Shown here: positions 18,165 through 27,430 of the stretch, piece after piece
Layout of the letters: every line of letters begins with the position of its first letter
Position numbering within the stretch: the stretch's first letter is position 1
DNA from: a virus
Lineage: Duplodnaviria > Caudoviricetes
IMG/VR virus record: IMGVR_UViG_3300022542_000213
Location: 1-51,323 of that record
Length of the DNA stretch: 51,323 bases
Strand: one strand, 5' to 3'
Program-made: the position numbers and the translations under genes
The notes under the pieces: model-generated
What the model was told of the DNA's origin: nothing
Database searches by the model: none
The model's input: only the letters and a program-made list of their open reading frames with translations

Positions 18165-20684
18165 TTAAAATTGATTTACAATATCCTCTTCTATATCATC
18201 TGCGTTGTTCAGTTCTTGAGTGAAGTCGGTGAAATCAGAATCCCCCATCTTACCTGTTTCGGGACGGAAACTAAACACCTCTGACTTCATTTCCCCCTTA
18301 TTCTTTGCTACATTTACTTCTATACCCTCATCATGCTTGTTTATAAGCACTACACACTCTGGGTCTTGTGATAAGCTAGAACTACCTTTAAGGTCGTCTA
18401 AATTCGGTTTGCGTTCTAAAACAGCACCAGCTTGTTCTATCTTTCTTATATGAGTTACAATGATAATGATAATACCATGCTCCTCACCTATTCTTTTTAA
18501 GTTTTGTAGGGTGTTAGATATTTCGGCTTCTCTCGATCCACCAACATGTCTAACTAAGTAGTCTAAGTGATCTACAATAACAACTTTAGTGTCAAATAGT
18601 CTCTTGGACTTTATAATAGTGTCTATTATCTCGTCTTTCTTTGGTACAGCAAAATACAATGGCTTGTTAATACAATCCTGTATAATTTCATCCCACTCAT
18701 TTTCATTAGTAAATCCAAAGTCTTCGTTAGTCTTATCATACCTAACATTCATAAATCGTTTACCCACAGCATCAATCCCTCTTTCAAAGGGCATTATAAG
18801 AACAGGGGTGTCTTGATCTAATATATCATTAGCTACATTTAAGACATAAGATGTATTGTGTGTAACAGTAAAGCTATCAAGTAAATATAAGCCATCTCCG
18901 TCAAGTGTAAAGCCAAAGTATTCACCAACACCTAATTCTTCTACATCTAATTTGGAAGTAAGCCAATTCTTTTTACAACAAAAATTACTTTTCTTTCTAT
19001 CAAGTCTAGTTGGAATTAATGATATATCACCAGTAATATAAATTCTATTATATTCACCAGTAAAATTAATTGATTTAATACTTTTCTTTGTTTTTGTTAT
19101 TTTAGCTCTAAAACCTAACGATCTAGCTAAGAATACAATATCATTCGATAATTGAGTATTCTTCTGTATAATCTCAAAGTATTCACCTCGTTCAGTTTTA
19201 GATAGTGACCCATCAGTATCAATTAGCCCAGCTAATACTTCTAATCTACTTTGTCTATCATTTATTTTATATTCCTTTGGAATATGTTTGTTATTTAGTA
19301 AATTATAATATCTTAAATTATTAAGAATATAATTACTACCTTTCTTTCTGCTTGGACTAATCATATCCATCGTTATAGAATTATTGTCCTTTTGTTCTCT
19401 TACTGTAACATCTAAGTCACATACACACGCATAATGATATATAAAGTCTTTTATATACTCATCTTCTGTTGTGATCTGTGTCTTGCTAGAAGTACCATCA
19501 CCTAACCACAAACCGACAAAGTATGGATCTAATTTTATATCTTGATAATCAAAATCCACACTTGTTTTCCAACCTCGGTAATGTCTTCTTGTTTCTGGTT
19601 TAATCTTTAAAAAGTCTTCTACAGACATTTCTTTATCAACTATCTTCGTTTTCTTTTTCTTCTTATCCCAGCTATCTTTTTTAAGAGAAAGGATATGACT
19701 TTTATTTACATCATAATATTCATTTCTTTCATGAATACGATACATTTCTTCTTTTCCATTCGCTAAAGATAATACTGTTCGTGGTTTGGATTCTATCCCC
19801 ATTAGCTTATCACCAATAACTATTTCTTCAACATTCTTAATAGAACCATCAGACATTAATAGTTTTGTACCTTTAGCATGGCATTTTCCACTATTAGTTT
19901 TACCAGACACGACAATAAGCCAATCCTTCTCCATAGTAACCTTTGGGAAGAATTTTGTTGTAACTGTATTTTTAGTTGGGGTGCGTAGACTTTCAATAAT
20001 GTCTCCTAACCCCTTGAATTGATAGTTATAGTAAGGTTTTGCGTTTTCCAGCAATTCTCTATAGTCATCTTTAGTATATGACTTAAAGAACTCATTAGCA
20101 TCTTTTATTTCATCTGGGTAACATACTTCAAAAGACTTGTCAATACCTAGTCTATCAGCCATCTTTAAAGCACTAGCTTTTCCACCTTCATCATTATCGT
20201 AAGCTATATATATCTTTGGTATGTTATCTAACTGTTCTATCCATACACCAAAACTATCCTTGCCAAAAGCTGGACTTACGACATTCTTATACCCAACTTG
20301 CCATGCAGAAATGAGATCAAATTCTCCTTCCACGACTAAAACCCCCCCTTTCTTTAAGCCGAGATCTATACCTTCATCATTGAAGATCCATGTCTCTGCT
20401 CCATACTCGGAGGAGTATTTTTGTTTCTTTGGGTTTAAGAACCTATACTTAACATTAATAAGTTCACCTCTTTTGTAAATCGGGATTGATATGGCATCTC
20501 TCTTTTCGTCATAACCTAATTTGAAGTGTTTGATTGATTCATCAGAAAGCCCTCTCTCATTACGTAAGTAATCTTGGGCTATCTCATTATTGTTAAGTTT
20601 TTCAATGTACTCGTCAATCTTCGTCTCATCAGGTCGTTTATAATCAATGCCAACGGTTTCCCGCATTGATTTTATTATATTCAT
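18165..20684 (-). CDS. TOPRIM primase - SF4 (DnaB/T7 gp4/Twinkle-like) helicase with intein
   Basis: VVEGEFD and YDNDEGG TOPRIM motifs, KDANE linker, Walker A GKTNSGK/T, IVDHL, LKGSSSLSQD. Confidence 0.92.
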   Translation of the reverse strand: MNIIKSMRETVGIDYKRPDETKIDEYIEKLNNNEIAQDYLRNERGLSDESIKHFKLGYDEKRDAISIPIYKRGELINVKYRFLNPKKQKYSSEYGAETWIFNDEGIDLGLKKGGVLVVEGEFDLISAWQVGYKNVVSPAFGKDSFGVWIEQLDNIPKIYIAYDNDEGGKASALKMADRLGIDKSFEVCYPDEIKDANEFFKSYTKDDYRELLENAKPYYNYQFKGLGDIIESLRTPTKNTVTTKFFPKVTMEKDWLIVVSGKTNSGKCHAKGTKLLMSDGSIKNVEEIVIGDKLMGIESKPRTVLSLANGKEEMYRIHERNEYYDVNKSHILSLKKDSWDKKKKKTKIVDKEMSVEDFLKIKPETRRHYRGWKTSVDFDYQDIKLDPYFVGLWLGDGTSSKTQITTEDEYIKDFIYHYACVCDLDVTVREQKDNNSITMDMISPSRKKGSNYILNNLRYYNLLNNKHIPKEYKINDRQSRLEVLAGLIDTDGSLSKTERGEYFEIIQKNTQLSNDIVFLARSLGFRAKITKTKKSIKSINFTGEYNRIYITGDISLIPTRLDRKKSNFCCKKNWLTSKLDVEELGVGEYFGFTLDGDGLYLLDSFTVTHNTSYVLNVANDILDQDTPVLIMPFERGIDAVGKRFMNVRYDKTNEDFGFTNENEWDEIIQDCINKPLYFAVPKKDEIIDTIIKSKRLFDTKVVIVDHLDYLVRHVGGSREAEISNTLQNLKRIGEEHGIIIIIVTHIRKIEQAGAVLERKPNLDDLKGSSSLSQDPECVVLINKHDEGIEVNVAKNKGEMKSEVFSFRPETGKMGDSDFTDFTQELNNADDIEEDIVNQF
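18855..19883 (-). mobile_element. LAGLIDADG homing-endonuclease intein (343 aa) in helicase Walker A
   Basis: Begins CHAKGT, ends VTHN before Thr; blocks GLWLGDG and LAGLIDTDG. Confidence 0.93.
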
Positions 20685-20758
20685 TTATTCTCTTTTTCTG
20701 TATTTTATCGGTCTCTAACAGACTTAATTGGGGGCGTTTATATCCCCCTATAAATCTA

Positions 20759-20947
20759 CTATTGTACTTTTTCTATTTCATATTTAGACAACGTTAAACT
20801 TGAATATATATTACATCCACGTTGATTATCATAATATGCTTCCTTAATCTTAACTTCTTTTCTATCCGATGTATAACCAATAAATATAAAATATTGTCCC
20901 GTTATGACATGTCTTACTTTTTCACCTCTTTTAATATATTTAAACAT
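20759..20947 (-). CDS. Hypothetical protein
   Basis: 62-aa ORF in operon. Confidence 0.55.
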   Translation of the reverse strand: MFKYIKRGEKVRHVITGQYFIFIGYTSDRKEVKIKEAYYDNQRGCNIYSSLTLSKYEIEKVQ

Positions 20948-20948
20948 T

Positions 20949-21713
20949 TTAACTTATTTTTAACTCATAATTAAGAATAGCATTTACATAACTATTTTCA
21001 GTTGAGTCCGCCATTCCGCATGCCGTATTACACTCTAATACATAATACTCTCCGTCCTCTCCTCTAATGATGTCTACTGCTCCAAAATCAAGTCCTAAAG
21101 CCTGTATAGACTTAATTGCGATTCTACCTAACTCTGTGTTAAATTTGATACCTCCTCTGGCAAACGTCCATCCATTTTGGTGGCTCTTAACCATCCTGTG
21201 TTCTTCACTAACAAATTCTTCTTCATCAGGGTTAAGTCTTACCTTCTTTGACATATCTATAACATTCCCATCAAAGACATGTACTCTATATTCTGCTCTG
21301 GCAGGTATAAATCGTGTATATAGTGGTGCTACTGGTAAATTATCGCTAGTATTAAATATTTCAATACCTTCACCACTATGTCCATCTAATTTATGTCTAA
21401 CTACTACCTTACCATAAATATCTCCTGCTGATATGGGGTTATCTTTAAAAAGTGGTACAAGGATATTATTCTCTGAAAGAATTTGCAATGCCTTTAATTT
21501 GTTACTAGCATTACCCACAGCACTTGGCTTATTTAACCACTTAATACTATCAGACATCCAATTAGGTACTTTAGAATTTCCCCAATTAATAACTAAATCA
21601 TCAATCTTATTTCTATAGTTTCTATCAGGATAGACTTGTAGCCCTCCTAACCTTTCTTTTAGTTGCTTACTTGAAGCAGAACCGACCTTGTATGGATAAA
21701 GAATTTTTCGCAT
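20949..21713 (-). CDS. ATP-grasp ligase (phiEco32-like/RimK-related)
   Basis: INWG, NKL, GHSGEGI, EYRVHV, LGLDFGAVDII, LECNTA. Confidence 0.9.
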   Translation of the reverse strand: MRKILYPYKVGSASSKQLKERLGGLQVYPDRNYRNKIDDLVINWGNSKVPNWMSDSIKWLNKPSAVGNASNKLKALQILSENNILVPLFKDNPISAGDIYGKVVVRHKLDGHSGEGIEIFNTSDNLPVAPLYTRFIPARAEYRVHVFDGNVIDMSKKVRLNPDEEEFVSEEHRMVKSHQNGWTFARGGIKFNTELGRIAIKSIQALGLDFGAVDIIRGEDGEYYVLECNTACGMADSTENSYVNAILNYELKIS

Positions 21714-21737
21714 ATCTTTATATTAGTTAGTTATTAA

Positions 21738-22187
21738 TTATAGTGATTCCTCTTTTTGTAAATACTCTATAGCAAGTTTCATTATTAGTATGTCATCCTT
21801 GAAATGTCCTAAACCAACATTACATCTATGACATAATAAACCTCTTATAAATCCAGTTTCGTGATTATGATCTACAACTAATCTATTTACAGATTTACAT
21901 ATTTTACATGATCCATTTTGCTCATCATACATATCATTATATGTTTCTTCTGTCAACCCATATCTTCTTAATGTTTTGTTCCTTCTTTTTTCTGTTGTAC
22001 AATATTTTTTTGAAGCAATCCTCCATATACTTTGTAAACGTTTCTTATTTTTAGATTTATATTTTTGGAAATATTCTGCTACACATTTCTTACATTTAGA
22101 ATTAATATAACCTCTTTTTTTATCACTAAAAGAAAATTCGGATAAATCTCTAACTATTAAACATTTCGTACATTGTTTTGTTTTCAT
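21738..22187 (-). CDS. Endonuclease VII-type HNH nuclease
   Basis: YGLT...Q.G.CKIC...LVVDHNH.TG.IRGLLCHRCN.GLG; N-terminal CxxC..CxxC. Confidence 0.9.
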   Translation of the reverse strand: MKTKQCTKCLIVRDLSEFSFSDKKRGYINSKCKKCVAEYFQKYKSKNKKRLQSIWRIASKKYCTTEKRRNKTLRRYGLTEETYNDMYDEQNGSCKICKSVNRLVVDHNHETGFIRGLLCHRCNVGLGHFKDDILIMKLAIEYLQKEESL

Positions 22188-22193
22188 AACCCT

Positions 22194-22222
22194 ATGATAT
22201 CATAACTAGAGTTATTTGTCAA
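22194..22222 (-). promoter_or_regulatory. Sigma70-type promoter, leaderless start of the EndoVII gene
   Basis: TTGACA-17 nt-(TG.)TATCAT-6 nt-ATG. Confidence 0.75.
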
Positions 22223-22234
22223 ACTATATACTAT

Positions 22235-22357
22235 AAATTTCGTAATTATACCCCACAACCATATTGCTGTGGGGTTGACTTCTATGTCAAAAATTTCTTA
22301 CTGAATATTACGTAACAGGATATTTTATAACTTCATCCCTCCTCTAAACTATTCAGT
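22235..22357 (-). ncRNA. Candidate structured small RNA/leader (~125 nt)
   Basis: ACUGAAUA/UAUUCAGU domain, UUGAC/GUCAA hairpin, ACCCCACAGC/GUUGUGGGGU hairpin; promoter TTGACT-17-TAGTAT at 22365-22393. Confidence 0.5.
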
Positions 22358-22422
22358 GTCTTATATACTATACTATTGTGTTTCAAAAGTCAAGTGTATA
22401 AGTAGTTGTGATACAATCTATC

Positions 22423-23316
22423 TTAAAAGTCAACCCCATCCCCACAGTCTACCGTTGCTATCTTATGTTTCTGGTACATCCTAATCACAGAAGGTCTATC
22501 ATCATAAGCTATTCTAACGTCATCAACTCCAAACATTTTTAACATATCCTCTTTAACCTCTGTATCAGGTCTAAAGTCATTTTTAGCCCTCATAAACATA
22601 CATTTAGCCCTATCTAGTATTTCGGGGCAATGTTTGTTAAACCATTTAATTGTTTCTGCCCTATACTTTTCATTACGTCCAGTTACTAAGAATAGATCAT
22701 AACCACTATTATCAAGTATTTCTTCAATTTCATCCCAAACATCCTCTCTGAAAGTATCTAAGTTACATTCAGCAAAAAAGGATTCCCAATCTTTATGTTC
22801 TCCTTGTACATGCTTAATCCTTTCTCCTATATCAGCTAAAGTACCATCAATATCAACTAGCATTACGCCATTCCATGAAATCCACATATGATTCTTTAAA
22901 GCATCTTTCCAAATTACATGATCCCCGACTGGATTATCTCTTTCTCCATCTCTTTTTACACAATCAGTAACTATAACATGTTTAGTTTCTAAAGTATGAA
23001 AATCAGCACCATTTTTTTGGGCTAATTTAAACCATCTCTGCCTATCTACAGGTTTTAAATTATCATTGTCTACAATACAACTAATACCATGACTTAAACA
23101 TTTATCAATTATACTTTCTTGGGAATTTCTTACTTTAAACTCCTTGAAAGAACCCTTTTTATCAAGAAACAAACTTAATCTTAAATCGTCAAGACTTGTT
23201 CTGAAAATACTATTTTTAGATCTCTTGACTAAATCTTTAGCCATTGTGGTTTTACCACTAGCTGTTAAGCCTTTCATCATATATAATTTAGGCATTGTTT
23301 TTCTAATTGCTATCAT
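22423..23316 (-). CDS. pseT: Polynucleotide 5'-kinase/3'-phosphatase (T4 PseT-like)
   Basis: Walker A GLTASGKTT; HAD motifs DIDGT, VTGR, MR...DFRPD, YDDRP. Confidence 0.9.
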   Translation of the reverse strand: MIAIRKTMPKLYMMKGLTASGKTTMAKDLVKRSKNSIFRTSLDDLRLSLFLDKKGSFKEFKVRNSQESIIDKCLSHGISCIVDNDNLKPVDRQRWFKLAQKNGADFHTLETKHVIVTDCVKRDGERDNPVGDHVIWKDALKNHMWISWNGVMLVDIDGTLADIGERIKHVQGEHKDWESFFAECNLDTFREDVWDEIEEILDNSGYDLFLVTGRNEKYRAETIKWFNKHCPEILDRAKCMFMRAKNDFRPDTEVKEDMLKMFGVDDVRIAYDDRPSVIRMYQKHKIATVDCGDGVDF

Positions 23317-23333
23317 TATTATTAAACTATCAA

Positions 23334-23819
23334 TTAAACTTCGTCTTCTGATAAGTTATCCTCATCAACAGGATTATGTATTTCATCTCTTTCACTATTA
23401 TTAAGGTGTGAGCCTATAAATTCATCTCTATCATTTTTATTTATATAAAAATACTCATAAGCTAGTGATATTAGATAAATCTTTTGTGGTACAGGTAAAT
23501 CTTCAAACTCGGTTAAAAGAACCTTAACTACACTTTTAGTGTCTCCTAAATCACCAAAATATAAACCATAAGATTTACCATCTTTCACTAACTCTACAGT
23601 AGTCTCATTTAACTTAATTTTATAGGGGTTAGGTACTTTTTCTTCTTCTGGTACTTCAATAGTATCACCAGTACTAAAACCATACTCTGCAGTGGGCATA
23701 TCCCATCTTATATAATCACCATTCCCTCCAGTTCTTGTAGGTACTGGTAGTTGTGATCTCATTAATGATTCTCTTGCAGTTTCTCTTAATATGTGTCTCT
23801 CTCTTGGTGTTAGTGGCAT
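23334..23819 (-). CDS. Hypothetical protein
   Basis: 161-aa ORF with acidic tail. Confidence 0.6.
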   Translation of the reverse strand: MPLTPRERHILRETARESLMRSQLPVPTRTGGNGDYIRWDMPTAEYGFSTGDTIEVPEEEKVPNPYKIKLNETTVELVKDGKSYGLYFGDLGDTKSVVKVLLTEFEDLPVPQKIYLISLAYEYFYINKNDRDEFIGSHLNNSERDEIHNPVDEDNLSEDEV

Positions 23820-23820
23820 A

Positions 23821-24195
23821 TTAGTTATTTATTAAATTATTAACAATAGTCTTAATTCCATCTTCGTTATCAAAATCAACTTTTAATACATTTTGTATAT
23901 AAACTCTCATTGAATTTATTAACTCGTTATTAAATAGGAATATCCCATGTGTCTTACCCTCTAACCACTTTTTTGCAGAATCATCATCACCATTAGCACC
24001 TTTCCATTCAAAGAATACTATCAGTAAATAAGCTATCTGATATTCTGTATAATCATCAATAAGATCTTTAAACATTTTACCTGTTAAGCCGTAATTAATA
24101 CGTGGCTTAATTCCATACTTATTATTATATAGAATAGAGTAAATTGTACTCAATCTTATTACGTAATTATTCCCTAAGTTTTTTGGTAACTCCAT
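23821..24195 (-). CDS. Hypothetical helical protein
   Basis: Start moved to ATG 24195 (MELPKN) because the upstream part of the track ORF is the tRNA. Confidence 0.65.
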   Translation of the reverse strand: MELPKNLGNNYVIRLSTIYSILYNNKYGIKPRINYGLTGKMFKDLIDDYTEYQIAYLLIVFFEWKGANGDDDSAKKWLEGKTHGIFLFNNELINSMRVYIQNVLKVDFDNEDGIKTIVNNLINN

Positions 24196-24196
24196 G

Positions 24197-24267
24197 CTCT
24201 CTCTGAAGGAATCGAACCTTCGTATTTCGGGCTTCAACCGAACGCTTTACCACTAAGCTAAAAGAGA
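24197..24267 (-). tRNA. tRNA with GAA anticodon (Phe), atypical, no encoded CCA
   Basis: Cloverleaf: TCTCTTT/AGAGAGA acceptor, GCTT/AAGC D-stem with GG, TTCGG-TTGAAGC-CCGAA anticodon arm, GAAGG-TTCGATT-CCTTC T-arm. Confidence 0.9.
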
Positions 24268-24300
24268 ATGTGCTATTTTCGTACGCACCTAATATATTCT

Positions 24301-24582
24301 TTTGAGTTAAGTTCTGTTATATTGGACTATAACAGAAAGAATAAGGCGTAAGGATTAAGATACTTTGTTGCTTGATATGATATACTCTTTTCACGGAGTA
24401 ATGTTTCAGTGATCTGTATTCCGTATCTATAGTTTTTAAATAGCTAACCCCCAGAATATCCTAACCGATTATGAATTGCGGTTGGACGACCCAACGTTAA
24501 TTCACAATTAGACTTTAAGTTAGGGTAATCCCAGCTTGATTTATAAAAAGATTATGTGGCGTTGTTTGGTAATTAACTCAAA
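24301..24582 (-). ncRNA. Candidate large structured RNA (~280 nt) upstream of the tRNA
   Basis: 10-bp perfect closing stem TTTGAGTTAA/TTAACTCAAA with several nested helices; no ORF. Confidence 0.65.
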
Positions 24583-24615
24583 TCTTGCCTAAGCAATGCC
24601 ATTAAGATGCTCCAT

Positions 24616-25836
24616 TTACGCACCACCACCTAATCTAATTTGTAATTGTTTTAGTTCTTGTTCAAATTCTAGTAATTCTTCAATAAACTCCTCTTGATTA
24701 TCCTCCATTTCATCAAGAATTGCTTCGTTGTAAACTTGTGAAGTATTTCCAGCTTCTACAAAATCTTGACAAACCTTAATATCTTTATCAAGATCATTCA
24801 CGAGTTCTCCAATTCTTGCAATTTCATCCTCTACATATTCATATCTTTCATTTTCTTCGTCAAACATACTGTTAGCCATTTCACCAAAATCTTTCTCTAC
24901 ACCACTTTCTAATAGATTTTGAGCATAACCATCATTAGACATACCATTTATGAAATCATTATCAACATGAATCATAGTCATCTTTCCAGTTTCAGCATCT
25001 ACCTCGTAAGGATCTTCATAAGGTCTTCTAGTATCAAATCCAGCAGGTCTCTTATATTCACTTCCACTATTCCAGCTATTGTAAGTAGGTTTATAATAGT
25101 TACCAATATCTACATTATTTTCTGTAGTCTTACCTGTTTTGTAATCAATAGTAACTAATACATCTTCTTCAACTGACTGTCCGTTTCCAACTGATTTAAG
25201 AACAAACATACCTTTATTTTCCTCTAAAATAAGTGGGTTTCTTGAATTGTGTCCGTAGTGGATATTCTTAATAGAACCTCTCTTATCAGTTTCAAAACAA
25301 ATAAATGCTATTGACCCTTTGGATTTAAAGTGTTCTTGCTTACCTTCAAGATATAGGGCGAGATCTATTGAAAATGATTCACTATCATTGTAAAAGTCTT
25401 CTTCGGTAGTAACTTTAGTCTTACCTCCAATCCTATATAACTCTTGCTTTTGCATCTCTGTAGTGTACTTGATACCTAATTCTTCGTGTTCCTTCTTTAA
25501 ATCATCAGAGTTACTAATAATACCATTGTGGATCACATAATAATTACTCTTGAATATCTTATGCTTAACTGTAATAGGATGGTTGACATCCTCAAAGTTA
25601 GGTGTACTTGTTGGTATTCTGTGATGGAAAAGAATCTCATCAGACTTTTCCTGTTTTAAGGCATTAGTAACTTCACTTAATGTCTCAAATCTTTTAACAC
25701 CTCCTATTTTACCATCATAGACTGGTATATATCCAAAACCTTGTACACCTCTACTTTTCTGTTTTTGGAATCTCTTAATAACAGTCTTGTTAGCACGAGA
25801 TTTATTATTTCTTTTAGTGTATATAATTCCACACAT
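24616..25836 (-). CDS. Class II (Ntn) glutamine amidotransferase with acidic coiled-coil tail
   Basis: MCGII, SRG, HHRIPT, NHP, HNGII, DSE. Confidence 0.9.
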   Translation of the reverse strand: MCGIIYTKRNNKSRANKTVIKRFQKQKSRGVQGFGYIPVYDGKIGGVKRFETLSEVTNALKQEKSDEILFHHRIPTSTPNFEDVNHPITVKHKIFKSNYYVIHNGIISNSDDLKKEHEELGIKYTTEMQKQELYRIGGKTKVTTEEDFYNDSESFSIDLALYLEGKQEHFKSKGSIAFICFETDKRGSIKNIHYGHNSRNPLILEENKGMFVLKSVGNGQSVEEDVLVTIDYKTGKTTENNVDIGNYYKPTYNSWNSGSEYKRPAGFDTRRPYEDPYEVDAETGKMTMIHVDNDFINGMSNDGYAQNLLESGVEKDFGEMANSMFDEENERYEYVEDEIARIGELVNDLDKDIKVCQDFVEAGNTSQVYNEAILDEMEDNQEEFIEELLEFEQELKQLQIRLGGGA

Positions 25837-25841
25837 TACTG

Positions 25842-27428
25842 TTATTTTTTGTTTTTATCTGATAATGTTAAACGTTCAATTCTCTCTCTGTAGAAAACTT
25901 CGGTATCTTTAGGTAGTTTCAGTATGCTAAAGAAAGCATCAATTTTATCCTCTAGTAAATAAATATCACTCATTTTCTTCATTTGGGCGAAAGTTATTTT
26001 ACCATCAGACACTTTGTCTAGTATAGCTTGGTGTAACTTAACCCAATAAAGAATTTTCTTTGCGTTTAGAGTACCAGCATGTAATCTGATCTCTACAGTA
26101 TGTTGCTTATTACTGTTAAACAATGGGTGTAAATTAAAGTGATAATAACGACTACTTACGTACCTATTATTTTTAATTGAATTTAACTTGTTACTGCTTG
26201 TAGCCTTGTACCAATATTTCTCAATATCAGAAGGATCAGAGAAATGGTTAAGGTCGTAAATTCCGAAGGCATTTTTCAATTTTAGACAATATCCATTATT
26301 TTCCCTTCGGCTTTTAGGTTGTGTAGCAAACAAAACATCCTCAAAAGTTAGATAGAAAGCAAACAATGTTGATAACTTCTTTGTACTATCTCCACCTTGA
26401 AGAAGAACTTTATCTGTAGATTTTGGTTTATATTGTTTAGTAAAGTCTCCGTTATCATCTGCTCCAACATATCCATTTATTCTACATACAGAATCTTTAT
26501 GCTCTATAATTATATGATTAAATATCTTTAGACGAGAAGTTTTTTGTTGTATTAGAGTTACAAGTCTATCAATACCATTATAATCATTAACATAATTGTT
26601 ATACAGAGATGTTGGTATAACAATAGGTGTTATATCAGACTTTTTAATATGGGCAATTATCTTTGCCTTCTCTGAAAAGTTGACAACTTTAAGATTCTCT
26701 GGTAAGAAATCTTTACCTCCTAAGTGTACATGTATTCCAGTAGTTTTATTGGTATAGTTACCATATTTTTGTAGTGTTTTACATGTCTCTCTAAGGACAT
26801 CCTCCCCTTTCTTACCTTTAAGTACAGGTGTAACTACCTCTAACCCCTCGTTTCTTTCCATAGAAGAATCTTTACGTCCATCAGGGTGTATAGATCCATC
26901 ACCTGTTAGCCCCATTTCATCAGCTAATTCTTGACTAAGCCCATTGGCTCTACCAACACACTCTATCTCTACACCAAAAGTCCTTTCAGAAGTGATAATC
27001 TTACCTTTGTCTTTACTTTGATACTTTTTAGAAGTAGCATTAAAACTCCTTCTTTGAAAATTACCTTCACCATCACCTCTTAAACAGTTAAGACATATAC
27101 CACTCCTATATTCAGATACATGTTGACTACAATGTGAACATCTAATACAATCATTTCTGTCATAACAATCTTGACAATAATCATCACCATTTCGCATCCT
27201 AGTGGCATTATCCTGATGGTATATATCGCCACAATCATCACAATAAACGTAATTATTCATACACTCACTTTCACACATCATACCCTCTGATGTTCCTTCA
27301 CAGTCATCATATTTTCCACAACCTTCACATTCTTGAAAAGAGGTATTATCAAGACATACTTTACACATGTCTCCTTCTACTGTATCGTACATTACACCCT
27401 CATCTTTTTCACAATTTATACAACTCAT
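25842..27428 (-). CDS. Amidoligase (COOH-NH2 ligase, Amidoligase_2 family) with N-terminal CxxC repeats
   Basis: TFGVEIE, DGSI, GLEVVTPVL, TTGIHVH, RY..FNL, TVEIRLHAGT. Confidence 0.9.
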   Translation of the reverse strand: MSCINCEKDEGVMYDTVEGDMCKVCLDNTSFQECEGCGKYDDCEGTSEGMMCESECMNNYVYCDDCGDIYHQDNATRMRNGDDYCQDCYDRNDCIRCSHCSQHVSEYRSGICLNCLRGDGEGNFQRRSFNATSKKYQSKDKGKIITSERTFGVEIECVGRANGLSQELADEMGLTGDGSIHPDGRKDSSMERNEGLEVVTPVLKGKKGEDVLRETCKTLQKYGNYTNKTTGIHVHLGGKDFLPENLKVVNFSEKAKIIAHIKKSDITPIVIPTSLYNNYVNDYNGIDRLVTLIQQKTSRLKIFNHIIIEHKDSVCRINGYVGADDNGDFTKQYKPKSTDKVLLQGGDSTKKLSTLFAFYLTFEDVLFATQPKSRRENNGYCLKLKNAFGIYDLNHFSDPSDIEKYWYKATSSNKLNSIKNNRYVSSRYYHFNLHPLFNSNKQHTVEIRLHAGTLNAKKILYWVKLHQAILDKVSDGKITFAQMKKMSDIYLLEDKIDAFFSILKLPKDTEVFYRERIERLTLSDKNKK

Positions 27429-27430
27429 AT

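Noticed and set aside
22423-23316. Complete T4-like tRNA repair system
   Set aside because: PNK is present but no RNA ligase was recognised
23821-24237. Track ORF starting at 24237
   Set aside because: First 14 codons are the tRNA; ATG 24195 is more plausible
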